From Balamuthia mandrillaris (taxonomy: Eukaryota): a stretch of 64,000 nt of DNA. The notes beneath the pieces are model-generated. The model was given only the letters and a program-made list of their open reading frames with translations, was not told where the DNA came from and did not search any database. Shown here piece after piece: positions 49,645-62,300 of this stretch (the stretch's first letter is position 1; each line of letters opens with the position of its first letter). A program made the translations under genes and the position numbers. The stretch spans positions 62,001 through 126,000 of the forward strand of contig JAVKOQ020000027.1 in the NCBI GenBank assembly GCA_031835245.2, given 5' to 3'.

Positions 49645-51459
49645 TCATGATGTAGGCTTCTTGCTGAATACCTGAGGGGGGAGAGAGAGAGAGAGAGAGA
49701 AAGAGAAAGAGAGAGAGAGAAGATTGTGAGAGAAATGGACAGGAGAGAAGAGAAGCGTTTCGTACAATGACCATGGGCTTGCCTTTGAAAGTAAAACCGT
49801 GCACGTCATCCAAGGCCTGGGTGGCCATTTCCACAGAGGGAAAGGTGACGAACGCTTGTCCCTTCATTCGTCCTCGTTGAAACAGTTGTACCTCCAGTTC
49901 GCTGGGAATGGGTGCTAAATTTTAAAAAAGAGAACATTGGGTCTAATAGAACAAGGGTATGGTACCGTTGAGCATCCTCTCGAGAATCAAAATAGCGGCC
50001 AAAAACAAAGTAAAGGTCATCTTCCGCAACTCCTTTCGCCAAGTTTTTTATGTACAACCGTTGACTCGGCTCTCCTTTTGAGTAGTTGGAAAGCAACTTG
50101 GGATTCGAAGCGAGAATATCTACAGGCACATAAAACGTATTCAGTATTACTGTCAACATTACAATCGTGCAACCAAGAAATTCGGATTGTACCTTCAGCT
50201 GTAAGTTTGTTGGTCCTTAATTCTTCATCGGAGAGAGTTGCATTGCTGATGGGATGAGTGGATGGTGGCAGTTGGGCGGTGGCTGTTGGTTCGGTCGTGG
50301 TTGGGCTGCTGAGTACTATCTTCATAGTGGGCACTTCCTTTGCTGGAACATTGGAGGCAGCAGAGGAGGAAGCGCCCATGGATATGGTATGTACAGGATA
50401 TTTGGGCGGCGCGCCAACTTTATGTGTTCGTTGTTGCTGTTGTTGTGGTGCAGTTGCTGCTTCACCAACCGACTCTTCTGATGGTGGCTTGTGTCGCTTC
50501 TGCATGATCAAGAAGAGCAAGAAGAAAGAATAAGACAGAAAGAAGAAGAAAAATAAAGATAAAAAGGAAGAATGGAGAACGAAGAAAGAAGGAGAGAACG
50601 GAGAAAGGAGCAGAAGGCGAACCAAAGGAGGAGTGGGAGTAGGGGGGCCAAAGGGAGGAGGAAGGTTAAGCTTGTTCATGAGGTGGAGAACTTGGGTGTA
50701 GAATTTAGGTACTGCGATGAGAGCGTTCATGATATTGGTGATAATGGTGGTGTCTGGTGGTGGATATACGTATTTGAGGTCCGGTGGCGCTGGGTAGTCC
50801 ACTCTAGCGTTATGCGAACGAGAAGGGTAAGAAACAACATCCCTCATCCACCAGGAAAAAAATAAAATAAAATGAACAAAGAACAAGAGCACTAACCCTA
50901 GACTAGGAGCGATAGGTTCTGGTTCTCTCCTTCTCTTTTGGCTACGGCGGCTGTTGTTGTGTAGGGTGGAAGCCTCTTGTTCTCGGATGGTGTTTGCAGA
51001 GGAGGAACCGTCAGCAACCACTTGCTGTTGCTCCTTTGGAGGAGGCTCTGCGGTTGTGTTGGTTGAAGAAGAAGAAGAAGAAGCAGAGGGAGGAGAAGGT
51101 GCAGTTGCTGGTGTTACATCCAGGTGTCGGCCCCACAGTTCCAATGATTGCAGTTGCGGCACGATACGCCCCGCCACTTCCTCACTGGGAAACTCCACAA
51201 AGGCCCTTCCTCGCTATAGAGACAGCAAATGCAGTTGCCGGGGAGGCATCTCAGTTCAGCACTGCTAAGAAGAAAAACACTTGGCCAATGAGAGGGACAA
51301 AGACTCTTGCCGTACCAGTTTGCCTTCCATTACGCGCACTCGCGCAGCACCATAATGCCGCAACAGCTCCTCCACAGAAGCCTTGGAAAGGTGCACAGGA
51401 ATGTGCTTCACCAGAAAGCAACAGCCAGCAACTTCACGCTCACCATCTCCTCCTTGCAT
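49645..51459 (-). CDS. RNPC3: U11/U12 snRNP 65K protein (minor spliceosome), multi-exon
   Basis: Two RRMs plus the hallmark YPPPDTTIITNIMNALIAVPKFYTQVLHLMNKLNLPPPFG, GEPSQRLYIKNLAK and GRMKGQAFVTFP. Confidence 0.95.
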
Positions 51460-51684
51460 TCCTTTTTTTTTGGCGTGTAACTTTATCAAGGCAGTGGGCC
51501 AAGGTTAGGCAGGGTTAAGCCTTGCACGTTTAGTGTAATCCATGTCGTCACGAAATGCATAGCGTCGACATGAGGAAAGGGTTTTTGGTTTTACAAAAAA
51601 AAATGGCGAAAGTGCGAAAACAAATAAAAAAGAAAGAGAAAAAAAATGGGAGGAGACAGGGAGAGCAGACGTCTCCCTTTCTCA

Positions 51685-54375
51685 TCAGAGTGCCATGCTC
51701 TCTCCTGCTCCGCTCGGACCCCCCAAGGAACTGCCCATGTTGACGTCAATGACGCACACCGTATTGTTCGAGAAGCAAGCAGCTACCTTGTCTCCCGTTG
51801 GATTCCAACACACCTCAAAAATGCCACCACTTCCTTTGTACGTTCGCACCAAGCTTCCATCCTTTTTGTTCGTTTGTTCGGTTTTGAAATATGAGAAGAA
51901 GAACGGTATGATTAAAAAAACAGAATAGAGCAGGAATGGGACATTACCTTCACCGACCAAATGTGCAGACATCTGTCAAAAGAACCACTGGCCAAATATT
52001 CTCCAGAAGGACTGAAAGCAACAGAATAAACGGGGTCCCTGTTCGTTGTTTTTTTTTTCCCTTTTGGTGAGCGCCTGTTTTTTTCGGGTAAGATGAAAAC
52101 ATAAAAGGTGAGATACTCACGTATGCTTAGTGAGACTATAAAGACATGTGCCTCTTTCTACTTCCCACAGCTTAATAGAGGCATCAAAGGAAGCACTGTT
52201 TTAAAAAAAAATGAGAAGATAAAGAATGAAAACCAAATACATACGTCAGTGAGCAGAAGCATTTTCTCACAAACTTAATAAAAAGAAAACAAAAAAGTAC
52301 CTCGCCAAAACGAGCGGGCGGTTAGGATTGTCGGATCCAATCCCCGTTGGGCTCCATTTGATGGTGTATATCTCTTTTGTGTGTTCCTCAAAGTCGTAAA
52401 GACACCGCTCTTGTTTTAGGCTCCATATCTATTACATGTCAGATGAACTGGCGTATCAAAGAAAAAAAATGGCGTAGTACCTTAGCTGTGAAGTCGTCTG
52501 AGCATGAAGCTAAAAGAGTTCCGCTTGGATCCCATTTAATTGCGTTTACTTCATCCTTAATAAAAAGCGAGAATGTAAAAGTAAGCAAGAGTTGTGAGTC
52601 AATCACATGAAGTAATGTATCTCATCTCAAACCTGATGTCCTTGGAAGCATTTTAGAGGTCTTGTTTTGCCTAGTTCGCATACATAAATCATTTTATCAG
52701 TCGAACACGTGGCAAAGCATATGTCGTTTTTCCAATCAACGTCCAGCGTTGGAGCTACAATAATAAAATCAGATGGCTGACGAAGAAAGAGAACAGAGGA
52801 AAGAAATACAAACCGCTGTGAAACTCAAATTGTTGCTTGACGTCACCAGTTTTGGCATCCCAAATAATGGCCGTTTTATCAACACTGCCACTGAGTAGAC
52901 TCGTGCCAGATTTATTCCACTTGAGCGAAAAGATAGGACCTTTGTGCTTGTTCAGAGTGTTCTTCAACACACCTTTTAACATGAAATCAAGCATTTAATG
53001 AGAATGAGCACAAATCTTTAGACTATTTTGAGGTCGTAAATGAAGAGAAAAGGTCATACCTGCTGACGTCCAAATTCGTGCAAGACCATCATAAGAGCCA
53101 GTAGCTAGCAAAGTGCCCTCAGTTGGAGAATACTGTTCCGTGATTTGTTGAGCAATGGTCTCGTCTCAGCAATGCTTCTCTTGCTCTCAAACAAACCATG
53201 ATAACATAAATTGAAGGAGTAAACGTACATTCCAATCTAGAGTGGTAACGTCCTTACTGCTTTCCTGGGCTTTGTTGAAATGCTTTAGTACCAATGGAGG
53301 CTCAAGTTCACTCGAGCCTACAGGCCCTGAAGGAATCTTCCATATTCTGGCTGTAGAGTCACCTGATCTAAACACCACAAGGTAAGCTAGTAAGCACCAC
53401 AAGCTTGAAGCTGTACTAACCCGGAAGCAAGCAAGGATTGGCCAGGAGCTGGGCTCCACGAGCATATGAACACCTGTAATAGCCAGTTAAAAGAGAGCTT
53501 CCTTATGGAACACATCAACAATGGTTGCAGTACCTCTGACGTGTGGCCTTCAAGTTTTAGCACTTGGTCTTCTGATATTTCAAGAGTGCTAGTTGGTTCC
53601 TCCACCACTTCCATTCGTAATAAAAGGTTAAGGTAATTACATGTAGCTTCTCAAACAAAGGAAAGATTAAATGACAGCATATGCAAAAGGATATCAGTCT
53701 CTGGTTTGGGTTTTTTGCGTTCGGTTTTGACGAAGCACTTGTGTGGCGAAGTGAGACTAAATGGGGCATCGCAGGGAATCTCTGTTCCATCCTGGTTTCA
53801 CGACCACACAATAAATAGAAGAGCAAGGGAGAAGCAAAAAAGAAATTCAGACAAGAGAGAGAAAGAGAGACGAGAGAGACGAGAGAGTGAGAAACGAGAA
53901 AGAAAGGGTGAGAAAAAACAATGGAGAGCTAGAAAAGAGAGCACGAGAGGAGATAACAACAGAAACAAAAAATAGAAGCGACAAGAGGAGGCCGAAAGAG
54001 ACAAGAAGCGAGAAAAAACGGGAGAGAAACAGAGAGACAGGCCAAAGGAGTGAGAGAATATACCTCGTTTACGTGGGTTTCAATCTGTTCATACTGGAGA
54101 CCTTTCTGTACATAGGAAATCAAAGCGCCAGGCTGCACTTCAGCTCCATTAAAGGCCTTGGCCACCAGGCTCTCATTGGCAAACGCAAAGGCAGAGTGCT
54201 GAAAGCCTTTTAAACAAACAAAAGAACGAACAAACTCAATACACCACTCCCAAAATCAAAACCAGCAGCCTGGCAATAAAACAAAAGAAGTAAAACAAAC
54301 ACAAAAAAATAAAGTACCTGACTCCAGCAAATACCTATAAATAAGAAAATTCAACTCATCGCTGGTGAACGACAT
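51685..54375 (-). CDS. TBL1XR1: TBL1/Ebi/HOS15 LisH-WD40 corepressor subunit, multi-exon
   Basis: [61 protein letters not shown] and GGIFEVCWN. Confidence 0.93.
53617..53694 (-). other. U12-type AT-AC intron in TBL1
   Basis: 5' ATATCCTTTT, branch ACCTTAAC and 3' TAC. Removal joins KPET-G-MEVVEE in frame. Confidence 0.9.
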
Positions 54376-54747
54376 GATGAGGAGAAGAGATGTCGTTACT
54401 TCACCGTTGTTAAAACCAGGTGAAGTAAAGCAACGGTTGGGGAACCCGAGAGATGGGAGCAGCAGCCGAGCAAGCCGTTTTGCTTTCTCTCTCTTCTTTT
54501 TTGTTTTGTTTACTTTTCTTTTGTCGACTTTCTTATTTGATGTCGACAATTCAACCCCTCATGCCAAATAATTATCAAAATAAAACGTGGGGCCGACCCC
54601 TCAGGTTGTGTTTGTCGACAAAAAGAAAAAGGGGCAGAGAGAGAGAGAAGGTGGCGCGTTGGCCTTCTTGAAAAAGAATAGACTCGTTTGTGTACTACCA
54701 CTACCGTTACCACTACTGTTGCTGCTGCTCGCAATCTGAATAAAATC

Positions 54748-56289
54748 ATGTCGACGGCACCACCCCTTGAGAACGCGGTGATCAACCTGGCGGCGCTACG
54801 CGAGCACGCTCGTAACGAACTGATTCGGGTGTTGGACTCGGTTGGTGTTGCCGCTCCTTGTTTCTTTTCTTTTCTTCAACTCAGACTCTCATGCTGGCAA
54901 CACAGGTCAAAGGCAAGAAAGGTCTTGTGTTGGATCCGAAGCTCTCTGGCCCGCTTGGTCTCATTGCTGAAGGTTCTTTGCTGAAGGAGCACGGCGTTGA
55001 GAAGTTCTATCACTTGACGGAGCGCTTAGAAACCGAGTGCAAAACTCTCATTTACCTCATTCGTCCCAAGTGCGCTTTCTTTTCTTCATCTTTTTATTTT
55101 TTCTCTTGTTCTATTCCTTTATGTGCGCTTCTTTCTTGTCGTTTCTTCTCCCTAAGAGCATTTATTGTTTGTATACAGGTTGAGTTTCATGAAATGTGTG
55201 GCGGATCACATCCACGAGCACCAACGGGAGGAGCAGAAGAAACAGTACAACGTCTTCTTCGTGCCTCGTCGCACCATGATAGCTGAGCGGCATTTGGAAG
55301 AGGAGGGCGTCTACGATGACGTTGTCATCGGTGAATACCACCTCGACCTCATTCCCTTTGAACAAGACGTGCTCAGCCTGGAGTTAGAGGATTCCTACAG
55401 AGAATGTTTCTTGGTTTGTCTCTCTTGGCTTTGTTGGCTTTTGTCTTTGTCTTTGTCTTTGTCTTTGGCTTTGGCTTTGGCTTTGGCTTTGGCTTTGTCC
55501 TTGTCCATGTTTGCTTATGTCTTTAATTTCTTTTACAAAAGGATGGAGATAGGACGTCCCTCTTCTACATGGCACGTTCGCTAATGAAAATACAATCCAT
55601 GTTTGGAATCATACCACACATCAAAGGAAAGGGTGCCTGTGCCAAGGTGTGCTTCTCTTTATTTCCTCCTCGACGATCTCTTTGCTCACTATAACTATTA
55701 TGTTAATTGACAGAGCGTAATGGACATGTTAGTGCGGATGCGCCGAGAGATGGGTAGGGATGAGCCCACCATGATTACACCAGAAATAGATACGCTGATC
55801 CTCCTTGACAGACAAACCGACATGGTAACACCGATGTGCACCCAACTCACGTACGAGGGCATGATCGATGAGACATTTGGAATCAAGAACACCTATGTAG
55901 AGCTCGCAGAGGAGATGGTCTCCCCTCCTGATGAGAAGAAAAAGGACACCGCCCCCCGTAAGCCTCCTGGAAGCAAAGTTCCTGTTCCTCTTAACTCGAA
56001 TGATCGTCTTTACAGCGAAGTACGCGACCTCAATTTCAGCGTCTTGGGTCCTTTCCTTAACAAACGAGCCAAAGAAGTGGACGACTACTACAAGGTATTT
56101 GCTGCTGCTTTTTCTACTGTATTTTGCTGTGCTCTTAACTTCTGCTCACTACGTTATCAACAGAAACGGTACGAATTTAAAACAGTCACACAAATTCGAG
56201 ATTTTATGAAAGGTCTTCCGGGTTACCAACAAGAGCATCAATCCCTTCGTCTTCGTACGTCTCGCTTGCCCTCTACGTTCGCTCGCTCG

Positions 56290-56328
<39 letters not shown>

Positions 56329-57474
56329 CCTCTCTCTGTTCCTCTCTCTGTTCGTATTCTAACTTGGGCTTGCAGATACCAATATTTGTGAAACTATTAT
56401 TGGCTTTACCAAGGGACCCGAGTTTCGCCGCCGTCTTGAGGCTGAACAAAGTTAGTCTCTCTCTCTCTCTCTCTCTCTCTCTTCACTATTTTCACAAATG
56501 CTCACGTTCCTCTTTAAGGTTTGTTGGCGGGGCTAGACGACAGCCTCGACTACATAGAAGAATGCATCGACAAGAAAGAACCTTTCCTGAAGGTGCTCAG
56601 GTTGCTAGTACTGCAGTGCCTCACCAACGGCATCAAAGCAAAACAATTTGAATATATTAAAAACGAAGTCCTTCAAACCTACGGCTACGAATACCTTTTC
56701 ACCCTAAAGTACAACTTCATCTCTTCTCTCTTTGCTACTATAAATAGCTAACATAACAACCAAAGCAATTTGGAAAAGCTGGGCTTGCTCAAAGGACTAG
56801 AAGGAAAGAGCACGTTTGGTATTGTACGGAAAGTATTCAACCTCATTGTGGAAGATATTGACGAGAAGCAACCGACTGACATCGCTTACGTCTATTCTGG
56901 GTATTTCTCTCTTCTTCTTTATTCATCATCGTCTCCTTAGGCTTCATTATGACAACGAGTTTTCTCGTTCACTCACTACAAATCCGAAACATAGCTATGC
57001 CCCATTAAGTGTCCGCTTGGTGCAACACGCCATGCAGCCCGGCGGTTGGCGGTCTATAGAAGAAGTATTACGAGCGCTGCCCGGTCCCACCTTTGAGAAA
57101 GAACAACAGCTGCCAGCTGGCGTAATTGACGATGGTGCCTCATCTCATTTCCATTTTTTTCCGCTTCTTGTTCTTATGGTGTAACTCCTTATTAAAAACA
57201 AAAGCGGGACGAGGACCACGACAAAACAAAGTGGTGTTGGTGGTGTTTTTGGGAGGCGTTACCTTCACAGAGATAGCTGCCCTCCGATTCCTTAGCCAAC
57301 AAGACGGTGCGTGCTTGCTTTTTTTTTTCCGAACAAAAACAAATGAGACTAACCATGTTTTTTTTTTAAAAAAAAAACAATGCAGAGAATACGGACTATG
57401 TGGTGGCGACCACGAAGCTGATCAACGGAGATTCTCTTTTAGAGTCTGTGTTCAGCTTTCCCGATCAACTTTAA
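54748..57474 (+). CDS. VPS33: VPS33 (Sec1/Munc18 family, HOPS/CORVET), multi-exon
   Basis: [61 protein letters not shown] and [17 protein letters not shown]. Confidence 0.95.
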
Positions 57475-57531
57475 TCAAATTTATACATGATCCCGTAACC
57501 ATTCCCACAAAGAGAGAGAGAGAGAAGAATG

Positions 57532-59045
57532 CTAGCTGGCTGCATAGTGATAGAGCCTTGTGAGAGTAGGAGGACTGATTTCTCTTCGACAGTGAGGACA
57601 CTCCGCCTTATTAACATTTGATGTTGAGCAAGAAGAAGAGTGAAAGGAGGAGAGGCGAAAGAAGAACGAATGAAAGAGAAAGAGAGAGAGACGAGCAGAG
57701 AAGTGTACCTTCACTTTGCAAGCTTCATGTATGCAGGTCCAGCAGAAAAGATGGCCACAAGGTGTGGCGGTTGTGTGCTGCCTCGGCCCCAAACAAAGCG
57801 TGCATTGCCGCGAGCTATCTTCCGCGTCCTCTTTCTCCTCTTCCTCTTGTTGTTGTTCCTGTTGTTTCTGCTGCTGTTGGTCCTGAATGGCGCGGTGCTT
57901 GTTGGCCTGCTCATTGAGCCAGAGCCCCGAACGAACGGCCAGTTGAATGTAGATGAGTATGCCCAGCAGCCAATAGCGTGGCCGTCCTTGCTCCATTCTA
58001 CGATTGAACACCTTTTTGATGGTTTGCGGTTCTGTTTAGGAAACGTTCGGAAGGAAAAGAGGAGAGGAATACTTACGTATCTGATGTTGGCGACTCGCTT
58101 TGATACGTGATAGTATGTTCCTATAGGAGAGAGGCCAGCATGAGTGAGCAGAGGGAATGCGGGTCGAATCAAACAAACAGCAATCTCACCGAACAAATAG
58201 AATAGGCCCAAGTGAGATTGTTTGAGCAGCTTGACAGCGTTTTGCAGTTGGGGCAGGTATGTCAGCAGGAAGCTGGATGTCTCCTCGCTGAACCGATAGT
58301 CATCGAGCCATCGTTTGGTCTCCCGGTATTTCTCCTTCCATGACGCCAATGGAGAACGGTCTGATAGTGTGGCGGGCAAGCATTCTTTAGCAAAGCCAAG
58401 AAGAAGAAGAAGAAGAAGAAGAAGAAGAAGAAGAAGAAGAAGAAGAAGAAGAAGAAGAAGAAGAAGAAGAAGAAGCAGAAGAAGAACAAGAAGGCAAGAA
58501 AGCAAGAACAGCAGCAACAACAAACAACCTGGAGAGCTTGAGCCAAGCCGTTGCGGAGGGAAGAAGGAGCGCTGGAAGCGAGGCCGGCTCATGATGGTGA
58601 GCCTAGCCACCGCCTTGCGGTAGGCATAGGGCACCACGATGGCGCAAAACAAAAGAAAGGTGCGGGCAAGGGGCGTGGCCGGCAGGTTGCTCCCCTCTCT
58701 CACCTGCACAATGTCGCAGTACTCCTCCCCCAAGGTTTGCGCCCCGAGCCAGGTGCTGAGGCCGTAGTAGAGCACGTTGGCGAGGAGCCTCATTTCCTGC
58801 TTGTTGTACTCGGTCCAGCGGGGTCCCATCACGCGCAGCAGCACCTCCATGCCTTCGGAGAAGAGCAGGTTCTTGTAGAAACTGTCCTTCTTGGCCGCCC
58901 GGATGATGTCCGGCTGCGCTGCCTCTGGGAAGAGCAGGAAGTTGCGAACCGCTCTGGTCCTGCTAGTACTAGCGGCGGTGGCGGTGGTGTTACCACTGGA
59001 AGGAGTGGAGGAAGAGGAAGAGGAGGAGGAGGAGGTCGAGGCCAT
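57532..59045 (-). CDS. PEX10: Peroxin 10 RING E3 ligase, multi-exon
   Basis: [26 protein letters not shown] and the [35 protein letters not shown]. Confidence 0.95.
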
Positions 59046-59301
59046 TGTCTTAGGGGCACCAGGCAGGCCGGCAGGAGAGGCGTGAGAAGTCTTGCGCTCT
59101 GCTCTTCTTTTCGCTTCTTTAGGAACTGCACACTTTGTGCTATTTTGTTGCTACTTTTGTCCACAATTTATTCCATATTGCAGCTTTTGTGCTACAATCG
59201 TCCACCGTTTGAGCCCATTAAACAGAAAAAGAAAAAGAAAAACAGAAATCGGCGCCAAAGAGTGAGAGAAGGCCCTACTGGGGAGGAGGAGGTGGAAGAG
59301 G

Positions 59302-62300
59302 ATGGAAAGTGGAGGTGGAGGGGTCTACGTGCATGCGCCTGCAGGTGAACAAGAATGGTACACGCTGCTGAGCTCCTTTCGCGAGTCGGCAGAGAAGCGC
59401 CGGGCCGTCATGCGGGAATACACCAAGGAGGCGCTGCTCTCCCACATGCTGGCCGCCATCTGCAAGGACGTGCCCGAGGCCGACCCCACCGTTGCTGCTT
59501 TTTCTTCCGCCGCAGCCACTGCTGGTGGCGGCGGGGGTGCTTCCTTCGTGGAGGATAGCAGCAACACGCTTGTTGCTGAGCTGCGCTACAATTTGCTCGT
59601 CTTTTTGCAGGAGAACGTTCGTTTCTTTATCGAAGGACAAGAGTCAAGGTCCTCTTTCTCCTCCCTTCTTGTTGTTCTTGTCTTATGTTGTATTATGTTG
59701 TTGTTGTTGTTGTCTTATGTTGTTGTCTTATGTTGTCTTATGTTGTTGTTCTTGTGCTTGTGCTTGTGCTTGTGCTTGTGCTTGTGCTTGTGCTTGTGCT
59801 TGTGCTTGTGCTTGTGCTTGTGCCTTGTGCTTGTGCTTGTGCTTGTGCTTGTGCTTGTGCTTGTGCTTGTGCTTGTGCTTGTGCTTGTGCTTGTGCTTGT
59901 GCTTGTTCTTCTTGTTCTTCTTCTTGTTCTTCTTGTTCTTCTTGTTCTTCTCTTGTTCTTCTTCCTTCTTTTCCGTTGCTTACAACAGTTGTTTTGAGCA
60001 CAGGCTAGACATAGTGTTCAACAATCTAAGCAAAATAATATCCTCTTCGAGCACCTCAGCAGCGGCCATGTTCCTCAAAGGGCACGTGCTGGCCACCCTG
60101 ACGACCATTCTTCTGGAGGAGCAGGAGCTGGTGCTGCTGCAACGGCCCACTCTGCTGGAGAGCTTCGTGGAGAGGCTGCTGGAGCTCTCCTCTCGCGTGA
60201 ACGTCTCCGCGGAGCGCCACCTTCGCGCCATGGCCTGCCATTGCTTGGAGGAGCTGGAGCTGGCGCACCCCTGCCTGCTGCAGGGCTACCTGGCTTACTT
60301 CTTCTCCTTTGGTCAGGAGGAGACGACCCATGCTGCTCAAGCCTACAATGACCTCTTTGCCACCACGCTGCTCCACAAGACGGATTCTCTCCTTGTTCAA
60401 CAGCACCAGCACCACCCTTCTTCTTCGTCTTCTTCCTCGTCTTTATCAGCATCAACAACGTCACCACCATCAACAGTGACGGCTGTTAGTTCGCCTTCTT
60501 TAACGTCATCTACAACAATAACAGGCGGATTCCTGCTGCAGAGCAACGCTGACCTCAAGTCGTTTACCATTCCTATCACCATGCACTTAAGTGCTCCTTC
60601 GCTCTCTGCTCTGTCACTAGATCCATCTACCCCCACCAGTAGCAACAGAAAAAATTCACCAAGCAACAAGTTACGCCATAGTGGAGCGATGCCAGAGGCA
60701 TGGCACAAAGAAGCGAGGCGTTGTGTCTCGTTGTTGGTGGACAATGTAACAAGACTAAGCGATTATGCTCTCCTCTCCCTGGCTGCAAAGCTGGTACTCT
60801 TCATCCAACAAACGAAGCTGTCGAAAGACGTCTTCAAGCACCACTTTTTTTGCTTTCTCTACACCGACTCGGCGTTGCTCTTCCATCTCGTCATAATGCT
60901 ATTTCTGTCTCTACCTGATATCTTTGAGCCATCCGATCACTTTCTTCTTCTATCGCGGTTGTTGCACCTTGTTGATGAACCTACAATGTACCTCTTTTCT
61001 ACCTTACTTCTTTATTTGTTCTCCTTAATTCTCTTTGTTTTGCTTTGTTCTTGTGATACTCACGTTAGTTCCTCGACAGACCGATACAAAAGAGGACCCT
61101 GTTTTTGCAGTGGTTACGTACCATGCCTCGCTTGCCTCTTTCAAACTCATCAGATGGAGAGCAACCGGCTGCTCCATTGCTGTACCCTTTCTATTCGCTG
61201 TTCTATCCTTCCGTTTTTGACGAATGGGACATAAAGGAAGCTAAGTTATATCCTTTTTTCTTATCCATGTATTGCTCTATCCGTCTTTTCTTTCTTTCTT
61301 CCCCCCCCCCCTTCTCATCCTTCGTTTTAAACTTCAATCGTTTCGAATCGATTCTTCTTAACCCTACTGATAATACGTTGGCCTTGTGCTCTTGCTTCAA
61401 GACGGGAGTAGCTCCTCCACCAAGGTATTGGAGCTTAATGGATTGCCAGTGTGCAGCTTATGCCTCCTTTACTAACTTTTGTTCCATCATACCATTATAA
61501 CCGTCGCAGATCAATATTAAGCTGTCTGACTTGCCTCCAAGAATTCTGGTACTTTTCTGCGAATGCGAAACCTACTCGCATAGTCTTTCGTGTGTTACAG
61601 CGAATGCTGCTGCAATTTCCAGAGCTGTTTCCCCAACTCTATGAGTATGCTCCTCTTTTTCGTCTTTCGTCTTATAACCCTTATTCTCACTCCTGCCCAG
61701 CTATCTATTGCGGATGATGTTGGAAGCACCAAAATTTCTGCCGAACATAATCGAGTTGGTTGACGCATTGGAGCGGCATCATACTGAAGATAGTGCCTCA
61801 TCTCATCACCACAACCACCAACAAAGAGGAAGCAGGACTGAGAAGAAGACCAAAGAAGGCGCTGTAACCAGACAATCGTTAAGAAGAAAGTCGTCCTCCA
61901 CTCCACCAAAAGGAACCACTTCCAAAGAAAACAAAGCCTTGTCACTGCTCATATCCTTCGAGTCAGTGCTGCGTGATCTTCCAGACCTACATACGCACGA
62001 CCTGTCCAACTATCTGCCTATGATCCAAAGGATAGCAGCAGTGCCAACCATCAACCCTGCAGCTCTTCTGGACCGCATCACTCGCTATCTGAAATACACC
62101 AGGTGGCAAGGAGAGGCTCATCAATGGGTGGTCGGTAACGACATCCTCTCCATCTGTCGCTGCATGCTGCTGCATCATCCTGCTAGACGCATATTCCAGC
62201 CGCTGGGCGACCTTCTCCTCTTCTGCACTCGTCACTTTGACGACGTGGACATACGAGACAGAGCCCACTTTTATTATCAACTTTTGACGCATGTTTCTGC

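Noticed and set aside
50390..50401. ATATCCTG on the sense strand of RNPC3 as a U11-binding feedback element
   Set aside because: It is a single imperfect copy inside coding sequence, whereas the known element needs tandem U12 donor motifs.
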